Below, piece by piece: positions 1 to 10,823 of a stretch of 64,000 nucleotides of DNA; the first letter of the stretch is position 1; each line of letters opens with the position of its first letter. Position numbers and translations under genes: made by a program. Under the pieces are notes generated by a model, which saw only the letters and a list, made by a program, of their open reading frames with translations, ran no database searches and had not been told where the DNA came from. Origin of the DNA: Sphingomonadales bacterium UBA6174 (lineage in GTDB: Bacteria > Pseudomonadota > Alphaproteobacteria > Sphingomonadales > Sphingomonadaceae); contig DITW01000069.1 of NCBI GenBank assembly GCA_002422945.1, positions 906 through 64,905 of the forward strand, written 5' to 3'.

Positions 1-849
1 ATCGGGCTGGAACTGGGTTCGGTGTGGAAGCGTCTCGGCGCCAAGGTGACGGTGGTCGAATATCTCGATCAATTGCTGCCGGGCATGGATGGCGAAGTCC
101 GCAAGGAAGCTGCCAAGATTTTCAAGAAGCAGGGCATGGAACTGAAGCTCGGCACCAAGGTTACGGGCGTTGCTGTCAAGGGCGGTTCTGCGACCGTGTC
201 GATTGAACCGGCGGCGGGCGGTGCTGGCGAAGAGATTGTGGCGGATGCCGTGCTGGTGGCGATTGGCCGTCGGGCGAATACCGAAGGCCTTGGGCTGGAC
301 GTGATCGGCCTTGAAACCAATGCGCGCGGCCAGATAGATATCGACCATGATTTTGCGACCAAGATCCCGGGTGTCTGGGCGATTGGCGATGTGGTGCCGG
401 GGCCGATGCTTGCGCATAAAGCCGAGGACGAAGGTCTTGCCGTGGCCGAGAATATCGCTGGGCTGACGGGTCTCGTGAACCATGATGTGATCCCCGGCGT
501 GGTCTATACCAATCCGGAATTCGCCAGCGTCGGCCTGACCGAAGAGCAGGCGAAGGAACGTGGCGAAATCAAGATCGGCAAATTCCCGTTCATGGCCAAT
601 AGCCGCGCCAAGGCGAACCGCGACACCGAAGGCTTCGTCAAGGTCATCGCCGATGCCAAGACCGATCGCGTGCTGGGTGTCCACATCATCTCGTCCCTCG
701 CGGGCACGATGATCGCGCAGGCCGCGCAGGCGATGGAATTTGGCGCGACGTCGGAAGACATCGCTTATACCTGCCACGCGCACCCGACTCATGCAGAGGC
801 GCTGAAAGAAGCGGCGATGGGCGTATTGGGCAAGCCGATCCATATGTAA
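1..849 (+). CDS. lpdA: dihydrolipoamide dehydrogenase (5'-truncated by window edge)
   Basis: IGLELGSVW..., AIGDVVPGPMLAHKAEDEG and C-terminal HAHPTHAEA motifs; frame open from base 1. Confidence 0.95.
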   Translation: MGLELGSVWKRLGAKVTVVEYLDQLLPGMDGEVRKEAAKIFKKQGMELKLGTKVTGVAVKGGSATVSIEPAAGGAGEEIVADAVLVAIGRRANTEGLGLDVIGLETNARGQIDIDHDFATKIPGVWAIGDVVPGPMLAHKAEDEGLAVAENIAGLTGLVNHDVIPGVVYTNPEFASVGLTEEQAKERGEIKIGKFPFMANSRAKANRDTEGFVKVIADAKTDRVLGVHIISSLAGTMIAQAAQAMEFGATSEDIAYTCHAHPTHAEALKEAAMGVLGKPIHM

Positions 850-870
850 TCGGGCTGATAAGAGCATTTG

Positions 871-907
871 AAAAGGCCGGGGTGGTATCTGCCACCCCGG
901 CCTTTTT
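871..907. terminator. bidirectional intrinsic terminator
   Basis: AAAAGGCCGGGGTGG-TATCTG-CCACCCCGGCCTTTT between convergent genes. Confidence 0.85.
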
Positions 908-1617
908 TATTTCATCACCCCGAACACCGCCATCAACACCGGGTCATTGGTGTCGCGCGGATTGGCGCGGATGGCGGCTTCTTCCCGGCCCATGGCGCGG
1001 AAGATGCTGGCGGCGGTCTGATGGGCGAGGTCGTCGCGCAAGCCGGCAAAATTGATGCCGGTCGCGACGCGCAACGCCTCATTCAACGCGCCATCGTCGA
1101 ACAGGCGCAGCCCTTCATCCGCGCCGGGGATAAGTACGCCGAGCAAGCCATCCCCGACTTGGCGTTCCAACAAGGCGGTTGCGGCCATCGGTCCACCCCG
1201 GACAATCGCCTCGGCATCGATGATCGGCATGTCGAGAATGGCATCGGCAATCACCGGGGCGGCGCGATCTGCGGCCTTGCCTGCAGCCCGGTTCATTTGC
1301 TTGAGCAGGCGATAGCGCACCGGTTCGGTCAGGATCAGCGCGCGCAGGATATTGCTGCCGCCGCTGCCGCCAAAAGCGGACGGCAGGCGGATCTGCGCCA
1401 GTTCATCGTTGAGGAAGCCATCGGGCGCCAATAATCGCGCAAAAGCGCGTTGCGAGGACAGGTTGAGCAGTCGCCGTATGACATCGGTCAGCCGATAGCG
1501 CAGGGTGTCCGCGCAATTGGCCAACCCCAAGAGCGGCAACAACGCCGCGCCCTGCAATAGGCGACGTCGGGAAAAATCGGGGGTGATCTGCATGGCATTA
1601 CTCTCCATATCATTCAT
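907..1617 (-). CDS. DUF4197-family Tat-exported protein/lipoprotein
   Basis: SRRRLL Tat motif, LANC lipobox-like, MNRAAGKAA, AMGREEAAIRANP motifs; start uncertain (1617 or 1593). Confidence 0.7.
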   Translation of the reverse strand: MNDMESNAMQITPDFSRRRLLQGAALLPLLGLANCADTLRYRLTDVIRRLLNLSSQRAFARLLAPDGFLNDELAQIRLPSAFGGSGGSNILRALILTEPVRYRLLKQMNRAAGKAADRAAPVIADAILDMPIIDAEAIVRGGPMAATALLERQVGDGLLGVLIPGADEGLRLFDDGALNEALRVATGINFAGLRDDLAHQTAASIFRAMGREEAAIRANPRDTNDPVLMAVFGVMK

Positions 1618-1714
1618 ATGTAATTGTCTGCCTTTGTCGGCATCCACACAAGGGCTTTGCTTTGCCGCATGATGTTATCGGAAAACCGGTTCCCACTTTT
1701 CCGCACGATGCTCT

Positions 1715-3913
1715 ATGGCAGACCCCAAGATGAACAATGTGCCTGTCTTGTTGCTGAATAGCGGCGTTGCGATGCTCGATTATCGGGTGCCGCCGGGGGT
1801 GTCTGCGCCGCCCGGCACGATTGTGCGCGCGCCGATTGGGCCGCGTCAGGTGATGGGCGTGGTGTGGGACCATCATCTGGACGATGGCCATCAAGATTTT
1901 GACGAGAAGAAATTGCGCCCGGTTCAGCCCATCGCGGATGCGCCGATGATCCCGCAGGGGTTGCGCCGGTTGATCGACTGGACGGCGGATTATTATGTGT
2001 CCAACCCGGCGATGGTCCTGAAAATGGCGATGCCGGTGCTGGATGCGCTCTCGCCAGACATGCAAGTGCCGGAATATCAGCTCGCAGGTGATGCGACGGG
2101 GGATGACAGCAAGGGCCGGATCACCGAGGGCCGGTTGCAGGCGATTACCGCGATTGGCGACCATCAAGGTACGGTGCGTGAACTGACGATCCGCGCGAAT
2201 GTGTCCGAGGCCGTGATCCGGGGGATGATCAAGACCGGACTATTGATCCCCGCCGATCCGATGCCGGACCATGCGCTGCCCACGCCCGATCCCGATTTCG
2301 ATGCGCCGACCTTGTCCGCCGAACAACAGGCGGTGGCGAACGAACTGGTGGCCGCAGTCGAATCCCAAGCCTTTGCGCCATTGGTGCTGCATGGCGTGAC
2401 CGGATCGGGCAAGACCGAGACCTATTTCGAGGCGGTGGCGGCGGCGTTACGGGCTGGGCGTCAGGTGATGATCCTATTGCCGGAAATCGCGCTGACCGAA
2501 CCCTTTGTCGACCGTTTCGTCACCCGTTTCGGGGTCGAGCCGATGGTGTGGCACAGCGATATGCGCCATGCTGAACGCCGCCGGGGCTGGCGGGCGATTG
2601 CCTCCGGCGAGGCGCGGGTGGTGATGGGCGCACGGTCGGCGCTGTATCTGCCATTTCCGCAGTTGGGCCTGATCGTCGTCGATGAGGCGCACGAAATGAG
2701 CTTCAAGCAGCAGGACGGCGTGACTTATCATGCGCGTGATGTCGCGGTGATGCGGGCGCGGATGGAGGGGTGCACGGTCATCCTTGCCTCGGCCACGCCT
2801 GCGCTGGAAACACGGGTGCAGGTCGCCAAGGGGCATTATCGGCAGTTGGATTTGCCTAGTCGTTTTGGCGGTGCGACCATGCCGGAGATTGCGGCCATCG
2901 ACCTGTTGGCCGATCCGCCGATGCGCGGGACTTGGCTTGCGCCTGCCTTGGTCAATGCGATGACCGAGACGCTGGCGCGGGGTGAGCAGGTGTTGCTGTT
3001 CCTCAATCGCCGGGGCTATGCGCCATTGACCCTGTGCCGTCATTGCGGCCATCGCTGCCAATGCCCGAATTGCAGCGCGTGGATGGTCGAGCATCGCCGC
3101 ACCCATCGGTTGTTGTGTCATCATTGCGGCCATGTCGAGCCGGTGCCGACCCATTGCCCGGAATGTAATGAGGCGGATTCGCTGGTGGCCTGCGGTCCGG
3201 GGGTAGAACGCATCGCGGAAGAGGCGGGGCGCTTGTTCCCCGATGCGACGATTGTGCAGGCGACGTCCGATACTCTGTCCTCGCCCGCCAAGGCGCAGGC
3301 CTTTGTCCATCGGATGGAATCGGGTGAGATCAATGTCGTGGTGGGCACGCAGTTGATTACCAAGGGCTATCATTTTCCCGAGCTGACCTTGGTCGGGGTG
3401 GTGGATGCGGATTTGGGTCTACAAGGCGGGGATTTGCGGGCGGCAGAGCGCAGTTTCCAGCAGATCGCACAGGTTGCAGGCCGGGCCGGGCGCGGAGAAA
3501 AGCCGGGCAAGGTGTTTATCCAGACCCATGATCCCAAGGTCCCGGTGATCCGCGCCTTGGTCAGCGGCGATGAGGCGCGTTTTTATCGGGAAGAAACCGA
3601 GATGCGGCGATTGGCGATGGCGCCGCCGTTCGGTCGCTTTGTCGCGATTGTCATTTCGTCCGAAGATGCGGATGAGGCGACGGCATTGGCAAAGACGATT
3701 GGCCGCGCCGCGCCGCATGTGAAGGGGATGCAGGTTTTTGGGCCTGCGCCTGCGCCGCTGGCCAAGTTGCGCACCCGCTATCGTCATCGCTTGTTGGTGC
3801 ATGCGGAGCGTCAAGTGCCGGTCCAGCGTGTCGTGCGCGACTGGCTGGGCGGCGTATTTGTGCCAAAAGGGTGCCGGGTCGGGGTGGATGTCGATCCCTA
3901 TAGCTTTATGTGA
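1715..3913 (+). CDS. priA: primosomal protein N'
   Basis: GVTGSGKT, DEAH, CxxC zinc motifs, QVAGRAGR, DVDPYSFM. Confidence 0.97.
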   Translation: MADPKMNNVPVLLLNSGVAMLDYRVPPGVSAPPGTIVRAPIGPRQVMGVVWDHHLDDGHQDFDEKKLRPVQPIADAPMIPQGLRRLIDWTADYYVSNPAMVLKMAMPVLDALSPDMQVPEYQLAGDATGDDSKGRITEGRLQAITAIGDHQGTVRELTIRANVSEAVIRGMIKTGLLIPADPMPDHALPTPDPDFDAPTLSAEQQAVANELVAAVESQAFAPLVLHGVTGSGKTETYFEAVAAALRAGRQVMILLPEIALTEPFVDRFVTRFGVEPMVWHSDMRHAERRRGWRAIASGEARVVMGARSALYLPFPQLGLIVVDEAHEMSFKQQDGVTYHARDVAVMRARMEGCTVILASATPALETRVQVAKGHYRQLDLPSRFGGATMPEIAAIDLLADPPMRGTWLAPALVNAMTETLARGEQVLLFLNRRGYAPLTLCRHCGHRCQCPNCSAWMVEHRRTHRLLCHHCGHVEPVPTHCPECNEADSLVACGPGVERIAEEAGRLFPDATIVQATSDTLSSPAKAQAFVHRMESGEINVVVGTQLITKGYHFPELTLVGVVDADLGLQGGDLRAAERSFQQIAQVAGRAGRGEKPGKVFIQTHDPKVPVIRALVSGDEARFYREETEMRRLAMAPPFGRFVAIVISSEDADEATALAKTIGRAAPHVKGMQVFGPAPAPLAKLRTRYRHRLLVHAERQVPVQRVVRDWLGGVFVPKGCRVGVDVDPYSFM

Positions 3914-4083
3914 AGTGGGCGGGGCGGGGCGTTCATGTTGCAGTGCGGATGCTTTTCCTTGCGTTTCAACGGCAGTGCGGTTAAAGAGACTCATCTCTAG
4001 ACATCGTCAGATTTCCTGAGGTCGGCAAGCTCCCGCTTTCCGGCGCTGGATTTGGTATTGTCGATTCGTTGGAACGGAATTGA

Positions 4084-4608
4084 ATGACGGATATTGCCGC
4101 CCTTACGGCCTTGATCGAACCGGAAGTGAAAGCCCTTGGGCTGGCGCTTGTCCGGATCGGCATGTTTGGCGGCAAGTCGGACCCGACGTTGCAGGTCATG
4201 GCTGAACGGCCTGAAACCCGCCAGCTCGTGCTCGACGATTGCGCCGAATTGTCGCGCCGTCTGTCGGATGTGCTGGATGAGGCAGACCCGATTGAATTCC
4301 CTTATCGTCTTGAAGTCAGTTCGCCCGGTATCGACCGGCCATTGACCCGCCTGTCCGATTATCAGGATTGGGCCGGGTTCGAGGCGCGGATCAAGCTTGC
4401 CGAGGCGATCAATGGCCGCAAGCAGCTGGAAGGCCATTTGCTTGGCCTTGACGGCGAAACGATCAGATTTGACGTTGCCAAATTGGGCGAGATGGAAATT
4501 CCATTCAGCGCCATCAGCAGCGCCAAGCTTTTGCTCACCGACGCCCTGATCAAGGCGACGGCCCCCATTTCGGCCGATGGTGCCGATAAGATTGCCGTAG
4601 AAGGATAG
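4084..4608 (+). CDS. rimP: ribosome maturation factor
   Basis: YRLEVSSPGIDRPL motif; upstream of nusA. Confidence 0.96.
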   Translation: MTDIAALTALIEPEVKALGLALVRIGMFGGKSDPTLQVMAERPETRQLVLDDCAELSRRLSDVLDEADPIEFPYRLEVSSPGIDRPLTRLSDYQDWAGFEARIKLAEAINGRKQLEGHLLGLDGETIRFDVAKLGEMEIPFSAISSAKLLLTDALIKATAPISADGADKIAVEG

Positions 4609-4617
4609 GATAGCCCG

Positions 4618-6234
4618 ATGTCCACTGCCATTTCCGCCAACAAGGCCGAACTGCTCGCCATCGCCGATGCGGTTGCGCGCGAAAAGCTGATCGACCGTGA
4701 AATCGTCATCGAGGCGATGGAAGATGCGATCCAGCGCGCCGCCCGTGCGCGCTATGGCGCCGAAAACGATATTCGCGCCAAGATCGATCCGCGTTCCGGC
4801 GATATGCGCTTGTGGCGCGTTGTCGAAGTGGTTGAATTGGTTGACGACTATTTCAAGCAGGTCAATGTGGCCGATGGTCAGAAATTACAGCCGGGCTGCG
4901 TTGTCGGCGATTATATCGTCGATCCGCTGCCGCCGATTGAATTCGGTCGTATCGCTGCGCAGGCTGCCAAGCAGGTGATCTTCCAGAAGGTCCGCGATGC
5001 AGAGCGTGAGCGTCAGTTCGAAGAATATAAGGACCGCGTGGGTGAGATCATCACCGGCGTCGTCAAGCGGGTCGAATTCGGCCATGTCGTTGTCGATTTG
5101 GGCCGTGCCGAAGGCGTGATCCGCCGCGATCAGCAGATCCCGCGCGAAGTTGTTCGCGTTGGTGATCGCATCCGTTCGGTCGTGTTGAACGTCCGTCGCG
5201 AAAATCGCGGCCCGCAGATTTTCCTCTCGCGCTCGCATCCTGACTTCATGAAGAAGTTGTTCGCGCAGGAAGTGCCGGAAATTTACGATGGCATCATCGA
5301 AATCAAGGCCGCCGCCCGCGATCCGGGCAGCCGTGCCAAGATCGGCGTGATCAGCCATGATGGCTCGATTGATCCGGTCGGCGCCTGCGTCGGCATGAAG
5401 GGCAGCCGCGTGCAGGCCGTCGTGCAGGAAATGCAGGGCGAAAAGATCGACATCATTCCGTGGTCACCGGATACCGCCACCTTTGTGGTGAATGCGTTGC
5501 AGCCCGCCACCGTCAGCCGCGTGCTGATCGACGAGGAAGAAAGCCGGATCGAAGTCGTGGTGCCGGACGATCAATTGTCGCTCGCCATCGGTCGTCGCGG
5601 TCAGAATGTCCGTCTTGCCAGCCAGTTGACCGGTTCGGCCATCGACATCATGACCGAGTCGGATTCGAACGAGAAGCGCCAGAAGGAATTCGTGGATCGT
5701 TCCGCCATGTTCGAACGCGAACTGGATGTGGATGAAACCTTGGCCCAGTTGCTGGTCGCCGAAGGTTTCGGCGAACTTGAAGAAGTCGCTTATATAGAAG
5801 CCGAAGAATTGGCCGCGATTGAAGGCTTTGACGAAGAACTGGCCGCCGAATTGCAGAACCGTGCCGGTGAAGCGCTGGAACGTCGCGAAGAAGCGAGCCG
5901 GGTTGAGCGTCGCGCGCTTGGCGTTGAAGATGCGCTGGCGGAAATGCCGTATCTGACCGAAGCGATGCTCGTCACGCTGGGTAAGGCCGGGATCAAGACG
6001 CTGGACGATCTGGCCGACCTCGCCACCGACGAACTCGTTGCCCGCAAGTCGCGCACCGAACCGCGTCGTGGTGAGCGTGGCGACCGTCCGGAACGTGGCA
6101 GCAAGGCCGATGACAAGGGCGGCGTGCTGGGTGAATATGGCCTGAGCGAAGAGCAGGGCAATGAAATCATCATGGCTGCCCGCGCCCATTGGTTCGAAAA
6201 TGAGGGAGACGCTGTTGCGGACCCCTCGGCATGA
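4618..6234 (+). CDS. nusA: transcription termination/antitermination factor
   Basis: FGRIAAQAAKQVI, S1 and KH domains (ARDPGSRAKI, LAIGRRGQNVRLA). Confidence 0.98.
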   Translation: MSTAISANKAELLAIADAVAREKLIDREIVIEAMEDAIQRAARARYGAENDIRAKIDPRSGDMRLWRVVEVVELVDDYFKQVNVADGQKLQPGCVVGDYIVDPLPPIEFGRIAAQAAKQVIFQKVRDAERERQFEEYKDRVGEIITGVVKRVEFGHVVVDLGRAEGVIRRDQQIPREVVRVGDRIRSVVLNVRRENRGPQIFLSRSHPDFMKKLFAQEVPEIYDGIIEIKAAARDPGSRAKIGVISHDGSIDPVGACVGMKGSRVQAVVQEMQGEKIDIIPWSPDTATFVVNALQPATVSRVLIDEEESRIEVVVPDDQLSLAIGRRGQNVRLASQLTGSAIDIMTESDSNEKRQKEFVDRSAMFERELDVDETLAQLLVAEGFGELEEVAYIEAEELAAIEGFDEELAAELQNRAGEALERREEASRVERRALGVEDALAEMPYLTEAMLVTLGKAGIKTLDDLADLATDELVARKSRTEPRRGERGDRPERGSKADDKGGVLGEYGLSEEQGNEIIMAARAHWFENEGDAVADPSA

Positions 6235-7057
6235 CACGGCGGTAACGCCTTCTGGCCCTCGGCCAGAATCACAACCAGACACCAGACCGCCCCGCGCCAA
6301 AAAGCGCGGTGGCGCGGGTGATCGCGATATATTGGCAGCCGATGGCTCGGCGGTAGAAGGCGTGGAGTCATCTGTTGATGATGCCGGGCCGGAGCGCCGC
6401 TGCGTCCTGAGTGGTGAACGTGCGCCGCGCGATCTGTTGATCCGGCTGGCGCTTGGTCCTGATGGATCGGTTGCGCCGGATATTCGCGCCAAGGCGCCGG
6501 GTCGCGGCGCGTGGATCGGCGTGGCGAAAGACACGCTGCAAACCGCGCTCGACAAGGGCAAGCTTAAAGGCGCGCTGATCCGTGCGTTCAAGACCAGCCA
6601 GATCATCATTCCCGATGATCTGGTGCAGCGGATTGAAGATGCGTTGCGTAAGCAGGCGCTTGATCGGCTGGGGCTGGAGGCGCGTTCGGGGACGTTGCTG
6701 ACTGGCGGTGACCGCATTGCCGATGCTGCCCGCAAGGGCACGGTGCGCTTGTTGATTCACGCGCTGGATGCGGGTGCGGATGGCAAGCGCAAGCTGGATC
6801 AATTGTGGCGCGTTGGCCGCGATATGGAAGGTAGCGACCTCAAAGGCATGGTCGCGCCGCTGTCTCGCGAACTCTTGTCCATGGCATTGGGCCGCGAAAA
6901 TGTGGTACATATCGCTATGATCGCACCTGCTGCGGCGACCCGCGTTTCGGGTGCGCTTCAACGGTGGCAAAATTTTGTCGGAAAGACTATGGGAACCGGC
7001 GAGCCGGAGGATAAATCCTCGGGCGAGTCCGGCTTTGATGTAGAGAATGAAGGATAA
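6215..7057 (+). CDS. YlxR/DUF448 RNA-binding protein with L7Ae-like C-terminus
   Basis: PERRCVLSG...GRGAW motif; between nusA and infB; TTG start at 6215 after GGGAG. Confidence 0.85.
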   Translation: MRTPRHDTAVTPSGPRPESQPDTRPPRAKKRGGAGDRDILAADGSAVEGVESSVDDAGPERRCVLSGERAPRDLLIRLALGPDGSVAPDIRAKAPGRGAWIGVAKDTLQTALDKGKLKGALIRAFKTSQIIIPDDLVQRIEDALRKQALDRLGLEARSGTLLTGGDRIADAARKGTVRLLIHALDAGADGKRKLDQLWRVGRDMEGSDLKGMVAPLSRELLSMALGRENVVHIAMIAPAAATRVSGALQRWQNFVGKTMGTGEPEDKSSGESGFDVENEG

Positions 7058-7066
7058 TACAGGCTC

Positions 7067-9829
7067 ATGAGCGACGATAACAAGCCAAAGCTGGGCACAA
7101 GAGCGCCGTTGGGCCTGAAGCGGACTGTCGAAACTGGCCAGGTGAAGCAGAGCTTCTCCCATGGTCGTTCGAACACGGTGGTGGTCGAGGTCAAGCGCCG
7201 CCGCGTGGTGGGCAAGCCGGGTGAAACGCCTGCTGCTGTCGCCCCCGAAGTGGAAGTTGCACCTGCACCTGCACCTGCACCTGCACCTGAGCCGGTAGCT
7301 GCGCCTGCACCTGCGCCCGCGCCGGTCGTTGAAGCTGCGCCTGCGCCGGTAGTCGAAGCCGCCCCTGCGCCCGCACCCGTGGTCGAAGTTGCGCCAGTGG
7401 TTGAAGCTGCGCCTGCGCCCGCACCGGTTGTCGAAGTGCCGCCAGTTGTCGAAGTCGCGCCGGTCGCGCCGGTCGCTGCACCTGCGCCCGCGCCAAAGCC
7501 TGCTCCTGCGCCTGTTGCAAAGCCTGCGCCGTCGCGGCCCATGGCCCCGGCACCGCGCACCCGTGCCCCGGCAGTGGGCGGCGATTTGATGAGCCGTCAG
7601 GAATTGCAGGCCAAGCTGCTGCGCGAAGCAGAAGAAGCCCGTATGACCGCGCTGGAAGAAGCGCGTCGTCGCGAAGAACGCGCCAAGCAGGAGGCATCTG
7701 AAGAAGAGCGCCGCCGCATGGAAGAAAATCGCAAGGCTGAAGAAGCCGCGCGCATTCTGGCGGAAAGCCAGCCTGCCCCGGTTGCAGAAGCTGCCCCGAC
7801 CGGTGGTGCCGAATTGGAAGGCGAAAGCGACAGCGAACGTCGCGCGGCCGCTGCCCGCCGTCCGGCTGGCGCGCAGCCTGCGCTCAAGCGTCCAGAACCC
7901 GCGCGGCCAAGCCGTGGCCGTGGTGGCGATGATCGTCGCCAGTCCGGCAAGCTGACAGTGACCCGTGCGTTGGACGAAGAAGGCGGCGATGCCCGTGCGC
8001 GGTCATTGGCGGCGCTGAAGCGTGCCCGTGAAAAGGATCGTCGCGCCCATCAGGGTGGTGGCCAGCAGGTCAAGCAGGTCCGTGATGTGCAGGTGCCGGA
8101 ATCGATCACTGTGCAGGAGCTCGCGAACCGTATGGCGGAACGCGGCGCGGCACTGGTGAAGGCATTGTTCAAGCTCGGCATGCCGGTGACGATCAATGCG
8201 ACCATCGATCAGGATACGGCGGAACTGCTCGTGACCGAATTCGGCCACAACATTGTCCGCGTGTCGGATTCCGACGTTGAAATCGATAGCAATGCCGATG
8301 TCGATGCCGCTGAAACGCTGAAGCCGCGTCCGCCGGTCGTCGCGATCATGGGCCATGTCGATCATGGCAAGACCTCGCTGCTCGATGCGTTGCGCGGCAC
8401 CGATGTGGTGTCGGGCGAATCCGGCGGGATCACCCAGCATATCGGTGCCTATCAGGTGACGATGAAGGATAAGTCGAAGATCACCTTCCTCGATACGCCG
8501 GGCCATGAAGCCTTTACCGAAATGCGCGCACGCGGCGCGAATGTGACCGACATTGTCGTGATCGTGGTCGCCGCCGATGATGGTCCCAAGCCGCAGACGG
8601 TCGAAGCGATCAACCATGTGAAGGCGGCGGGTGTGCCGATGATCGTGGCGATCACCAAGATCGACAAGCATGAAGCCAATCCTCAAAAAGTGCGCGAGCA
8701 ATTGCTGCAATATGATGTGGTGGTCGAAGCCATGTCGGGCGATGTGCAGGATGTCGAAGTGTCGGCCAAAACCAAGGAAGGTCTGGACGAGCTGATCGAG
8801 AAGATCCAGTTGCAGGCCGAATTGTCCGAACTGCGCGCCAATCCGGAACGCCAGGCCGAAGGCCGGGTGATCGAGGCCAAGCTCGACAAGGGCCGTGGTC
8901 CGGTCGCGACCATCCTCGTGCAGCGCGGCACGCTCAAGACCGGCGATATTTTCGTGGTCGGTGCCGAAAGCGGGCGTGTCCGTGCGATGATCGATGACAA
9001 GGGTCGCCAGATCAAGGAAGCGGGGCCGTCGATGCCGGTCGAAGTGCTTGGCCTTGGCGGCGTGCCGTCGGCGGGCGACACGTTGACCGTGGTTGAAAGC
9101 GAAGCGCGCGCCCGTGAGGTTGCCGCTTATCGTTCCGACCTCGCGACCAAGAAGCGCACCGGCACTGGCCCGGCATCGCTGGAATCGATGTTCTCGGCGC
9201 TCAAGGAAAAGCAGGCGGTCGAATATCCGGTGCTCGTCAAGGGCGATGTGCAGGGTTCGGTCGAAGCGATCGTCAGCTCGCTCCTCAAGATCGGCAATGA
9301 TGACATCAAGGTCCGCATCCTGCATGCAGGCGTGGGCGGCATCACCGAAAGCGATGTGCAGTTGGCCGGGGCATCCGGTGCGCCGATCCTTGGCTTTAAC
9401 GTCCGTGCCAATGCCAAGGCGCGCGAAATTGCCGAACGCAACAAGGTTGCGCTCAAATATTATGACGTGATCTATGATCTCTTGGACGATATTCGTTCGG
9501 GCATGGCGGGCGAGCTGGGGCCGGAATATTTCGAAACGGTCGTTGGCCGCGCCGAAATCCGTCAGGTCTTCCCGGCGGGCAAGCATGGCAAGGCTGCGGG
9601 CTTGCTCGTTACCGAAGGCTATATCCGCAAGGCGCTGCGCGCGCGCGTCACCCGCGACGATGTCATCATCTACAACGGGTCGATCAGCAATTTGCGTCGC
9701 TTCAAGGATGATGTGGCGGAAGTGCGTGCCGGTCTCGAATGCGGGGTGACGCTGGAAGCTACGACCGACATCAAGGCGGGCGACTTCCTCGAAACCTTTG
9801 AAGTCGAAGAGCGCGCGCGGACGATCTGA
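7067..9829 (+). CDS. infB: translation initiation factor IF-2
   Basis: [26 protein letters not shown] GTPase motifs. Confidence 0.99.
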   Translation: MSDDNKPKLGTRAPLGLKRTVETGQVKQSFSHGRSNTVVVEVKRRRVVGKPGETPAAVAPEVEVAPAPAPAPAPEPVAAPAPAPAPVVEAAPAPVVEAAPAPAPVVEVAPVVEAAPAPAPVVEVPPVVEVAPVAPVAAPAPAPKPAPAPVAKPAPSRPMAPAPRTRAPAVGGDLMSRQELQAKLLREAEEARMTALEEARRREERAKQEASEEERRRMEENRKAEEAARILAESQPAPVAEAAPTGGAELEGESDSERRAAAARRPAGAQPALKRPEPARPSRGRGGDDRRQSGKLTVTRALDEEGGDARARSLAALKRAREKDRRAHQGGGQQVKQVRDVQVPESITVQELANRMAERGAALVKALFKLGMPVTINATIDQDTAELLVTEFGHNIVRVSDSDVEIDSNADVDAAETLKPRPPVVAIMGHVDHGKTSLLDALRGTDVVSGESGGITQHIGAYQVTMKDKSKITFLDTPGHEAFTEMRARGANVTDIVVIVVAADDGPKPQTVEAINHVKAAGVPMIVAITKIDKHEANPQKVREQLLQYDVVVEAMSGDVQDVEVSAKTKEGLDELIEKIQLQAELSELRANPERQAEGRVIEAKLDKGRGPVATILVQRGTLKTGDIFVVGAESGRVRAMIDDKGRQIKEAGPSMPVEVLGLGGVPSAGDTLTVVESEARAREVAAYRSDLATKKRTGTGPASLESMFSALKEKQAVEYPVLVKGDVQGSVEAIVSSLLKIGNDDIKVRILHAGVGGITESDVQLAGASGAPILGFNVRANAKAREIAERNKVALKYYDVIYDLLDDIRSGMAGELGPEYFETVVGRAEIRQVFPAGKHGKAAGLLVTEGYIRKALRARVTRDDVIIYNGSISNLRRFKDDVAEVRAGLECGVTLEATTDIKAGDFLETFEVEERARTI
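7258..7530 (+). repeat. intragenic Ala/Pro-rich repeats in the IF-2 N-terminal linker
   Basis: (GCACCT)x5 followed by repeated units encoding APAPVVE(A/V). Confidence 0.8.
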
Positions 9830-10251
9830 TGGTTGCCGCCGCACCACCAGAACGCTCTGTCCGCCTGCTCCGCGTTGGCGAGCAGGTCCGCCATGTGCTG
9901 TCCGAAGTCCTGATGCGCGGGGAGGTTCATGATGATCTCCTCGTCAAGCATCCGGTGTCGGTGACGGAGGTCCGCATGTCGCCGGACCTCCGGCACGCGA
10001 CCGTGTTTGTGAAGCCGTTGCTGGGCAAGGATGAAGAGGCGGTGCTGAAGGCGCTCAGGACCAACACCGCCTATCTTCAGCGCGAAGTCGCACGCAAGGT
10101 GAAGATGAAATATGCGGCGAAGCTGAAGTTCCTTGCGGATGAAAGCTTTGATGAAGGGTCGCACATCGACCGGCTGCTCTCCAACCCGCATGTGGCGCAA
10201 GATCTCGACCGGGACACATCGGATATCGGTCCGGAACTAGATCAGGATTAA
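9829..10251 (+). CDS. rbfA: ribosome-binding factor A
   Basis: [28 protein letters not shown]. Confidence 0.96.
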   Translation: MVAAAPPERSVRLLRVGEQVRHVLSEVLMRGEVHDDLLVKHPVSVTEVRMSPDLRHATVFVKPLLGKDEEAVLKALRTNTAYLQREVARKVKMKYAAKLKFLADESFDEGSHIDRLLSNPHVAQDLDRDTSDIGPELDQD

Positions 10252-10271
10252 GTGTCGGGCGCAGCCCTTGC

Positions 10272-10667
10272 TTATCGTCCGGTATAAAGTCTCAGGCAAT
10301 TATTGAGGTCAAGATCTTCGCCCGTCACACGGCGGCTGTCGATATGCGTCACCACCATCTGGCCATTGAGCCGCAGCGGGAAGAGATAGGCGTCGATGAC
10401 GCAGCCATTGCGGCTGAATTGCAGGCGTTTCGCGCCGCCTTCGATATTTTCTTGTGCCGGCGTTCCCAATTGACGGATGATCTCCGCTTCGGTTTTGCCG
10501 ATCAGGACGCCAACCGGTTGCTGCGCCCGGATTATGGGCGTGCTGAGCGGCTTTAATGCGGGGGCGTTGGAACCGCCGCAGGCGGTGAGCAGCAGGGCAA
10601 CGATCAGCGAGGCGCCAGATTTGATGGGTGCGCCGTGAGGGCGTTTAAGGGTGTAAGCATATACCAT
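10272..10667 (-). CDS. hypothetical lipoprotein
   Basis: hydrophobic stretch + LTAC lipobox; IRQLGTP motif; start uncertain. Confidence 0.6.
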   Translation of the reverse strand: MVYAYTLKRPHGAPIKSGASLIVALLLTACGGSNAPALKPLSTPIIRAQQPVGVLIGKTEAEIIRQLGTPAQENIEGGAKRLQFSRNGCVIDAYLFPLRLNGQMVVTHIDSRRVTGEDLDLNNCLRLYTGR

Positions 10668-10823
10668 GCGCCATTAGTGGCGGGGCAGGATGGCGCGGTC
10701 AATCCCGCTCCTGTAATCCTGCATTGCCAGTCGGCGGCGAGGCCAGTAGAGGACGGGCGGCGCAGACGGACTTTCTATATGTTCGCTGCCCAGCCGCTTA
10801 TTGATCGATGACAGGAGTTTGCC

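Noticed and set aside
7258..7530. Repeat array resembling a CRISPR or other spaced repeat
   Set aside because: In-frame Ala/Pro coding repeats within infB; no unique spacers and no cas genes.
8003..9847. 614-aa antisense ORF (also 5464-6741, 17314-18636, 54311-55759, 59476-60582, 61489-62754)
   Set aside because: Shadow frames opposite well-supported genes in GC-rich DNA; no recognisable motifs.
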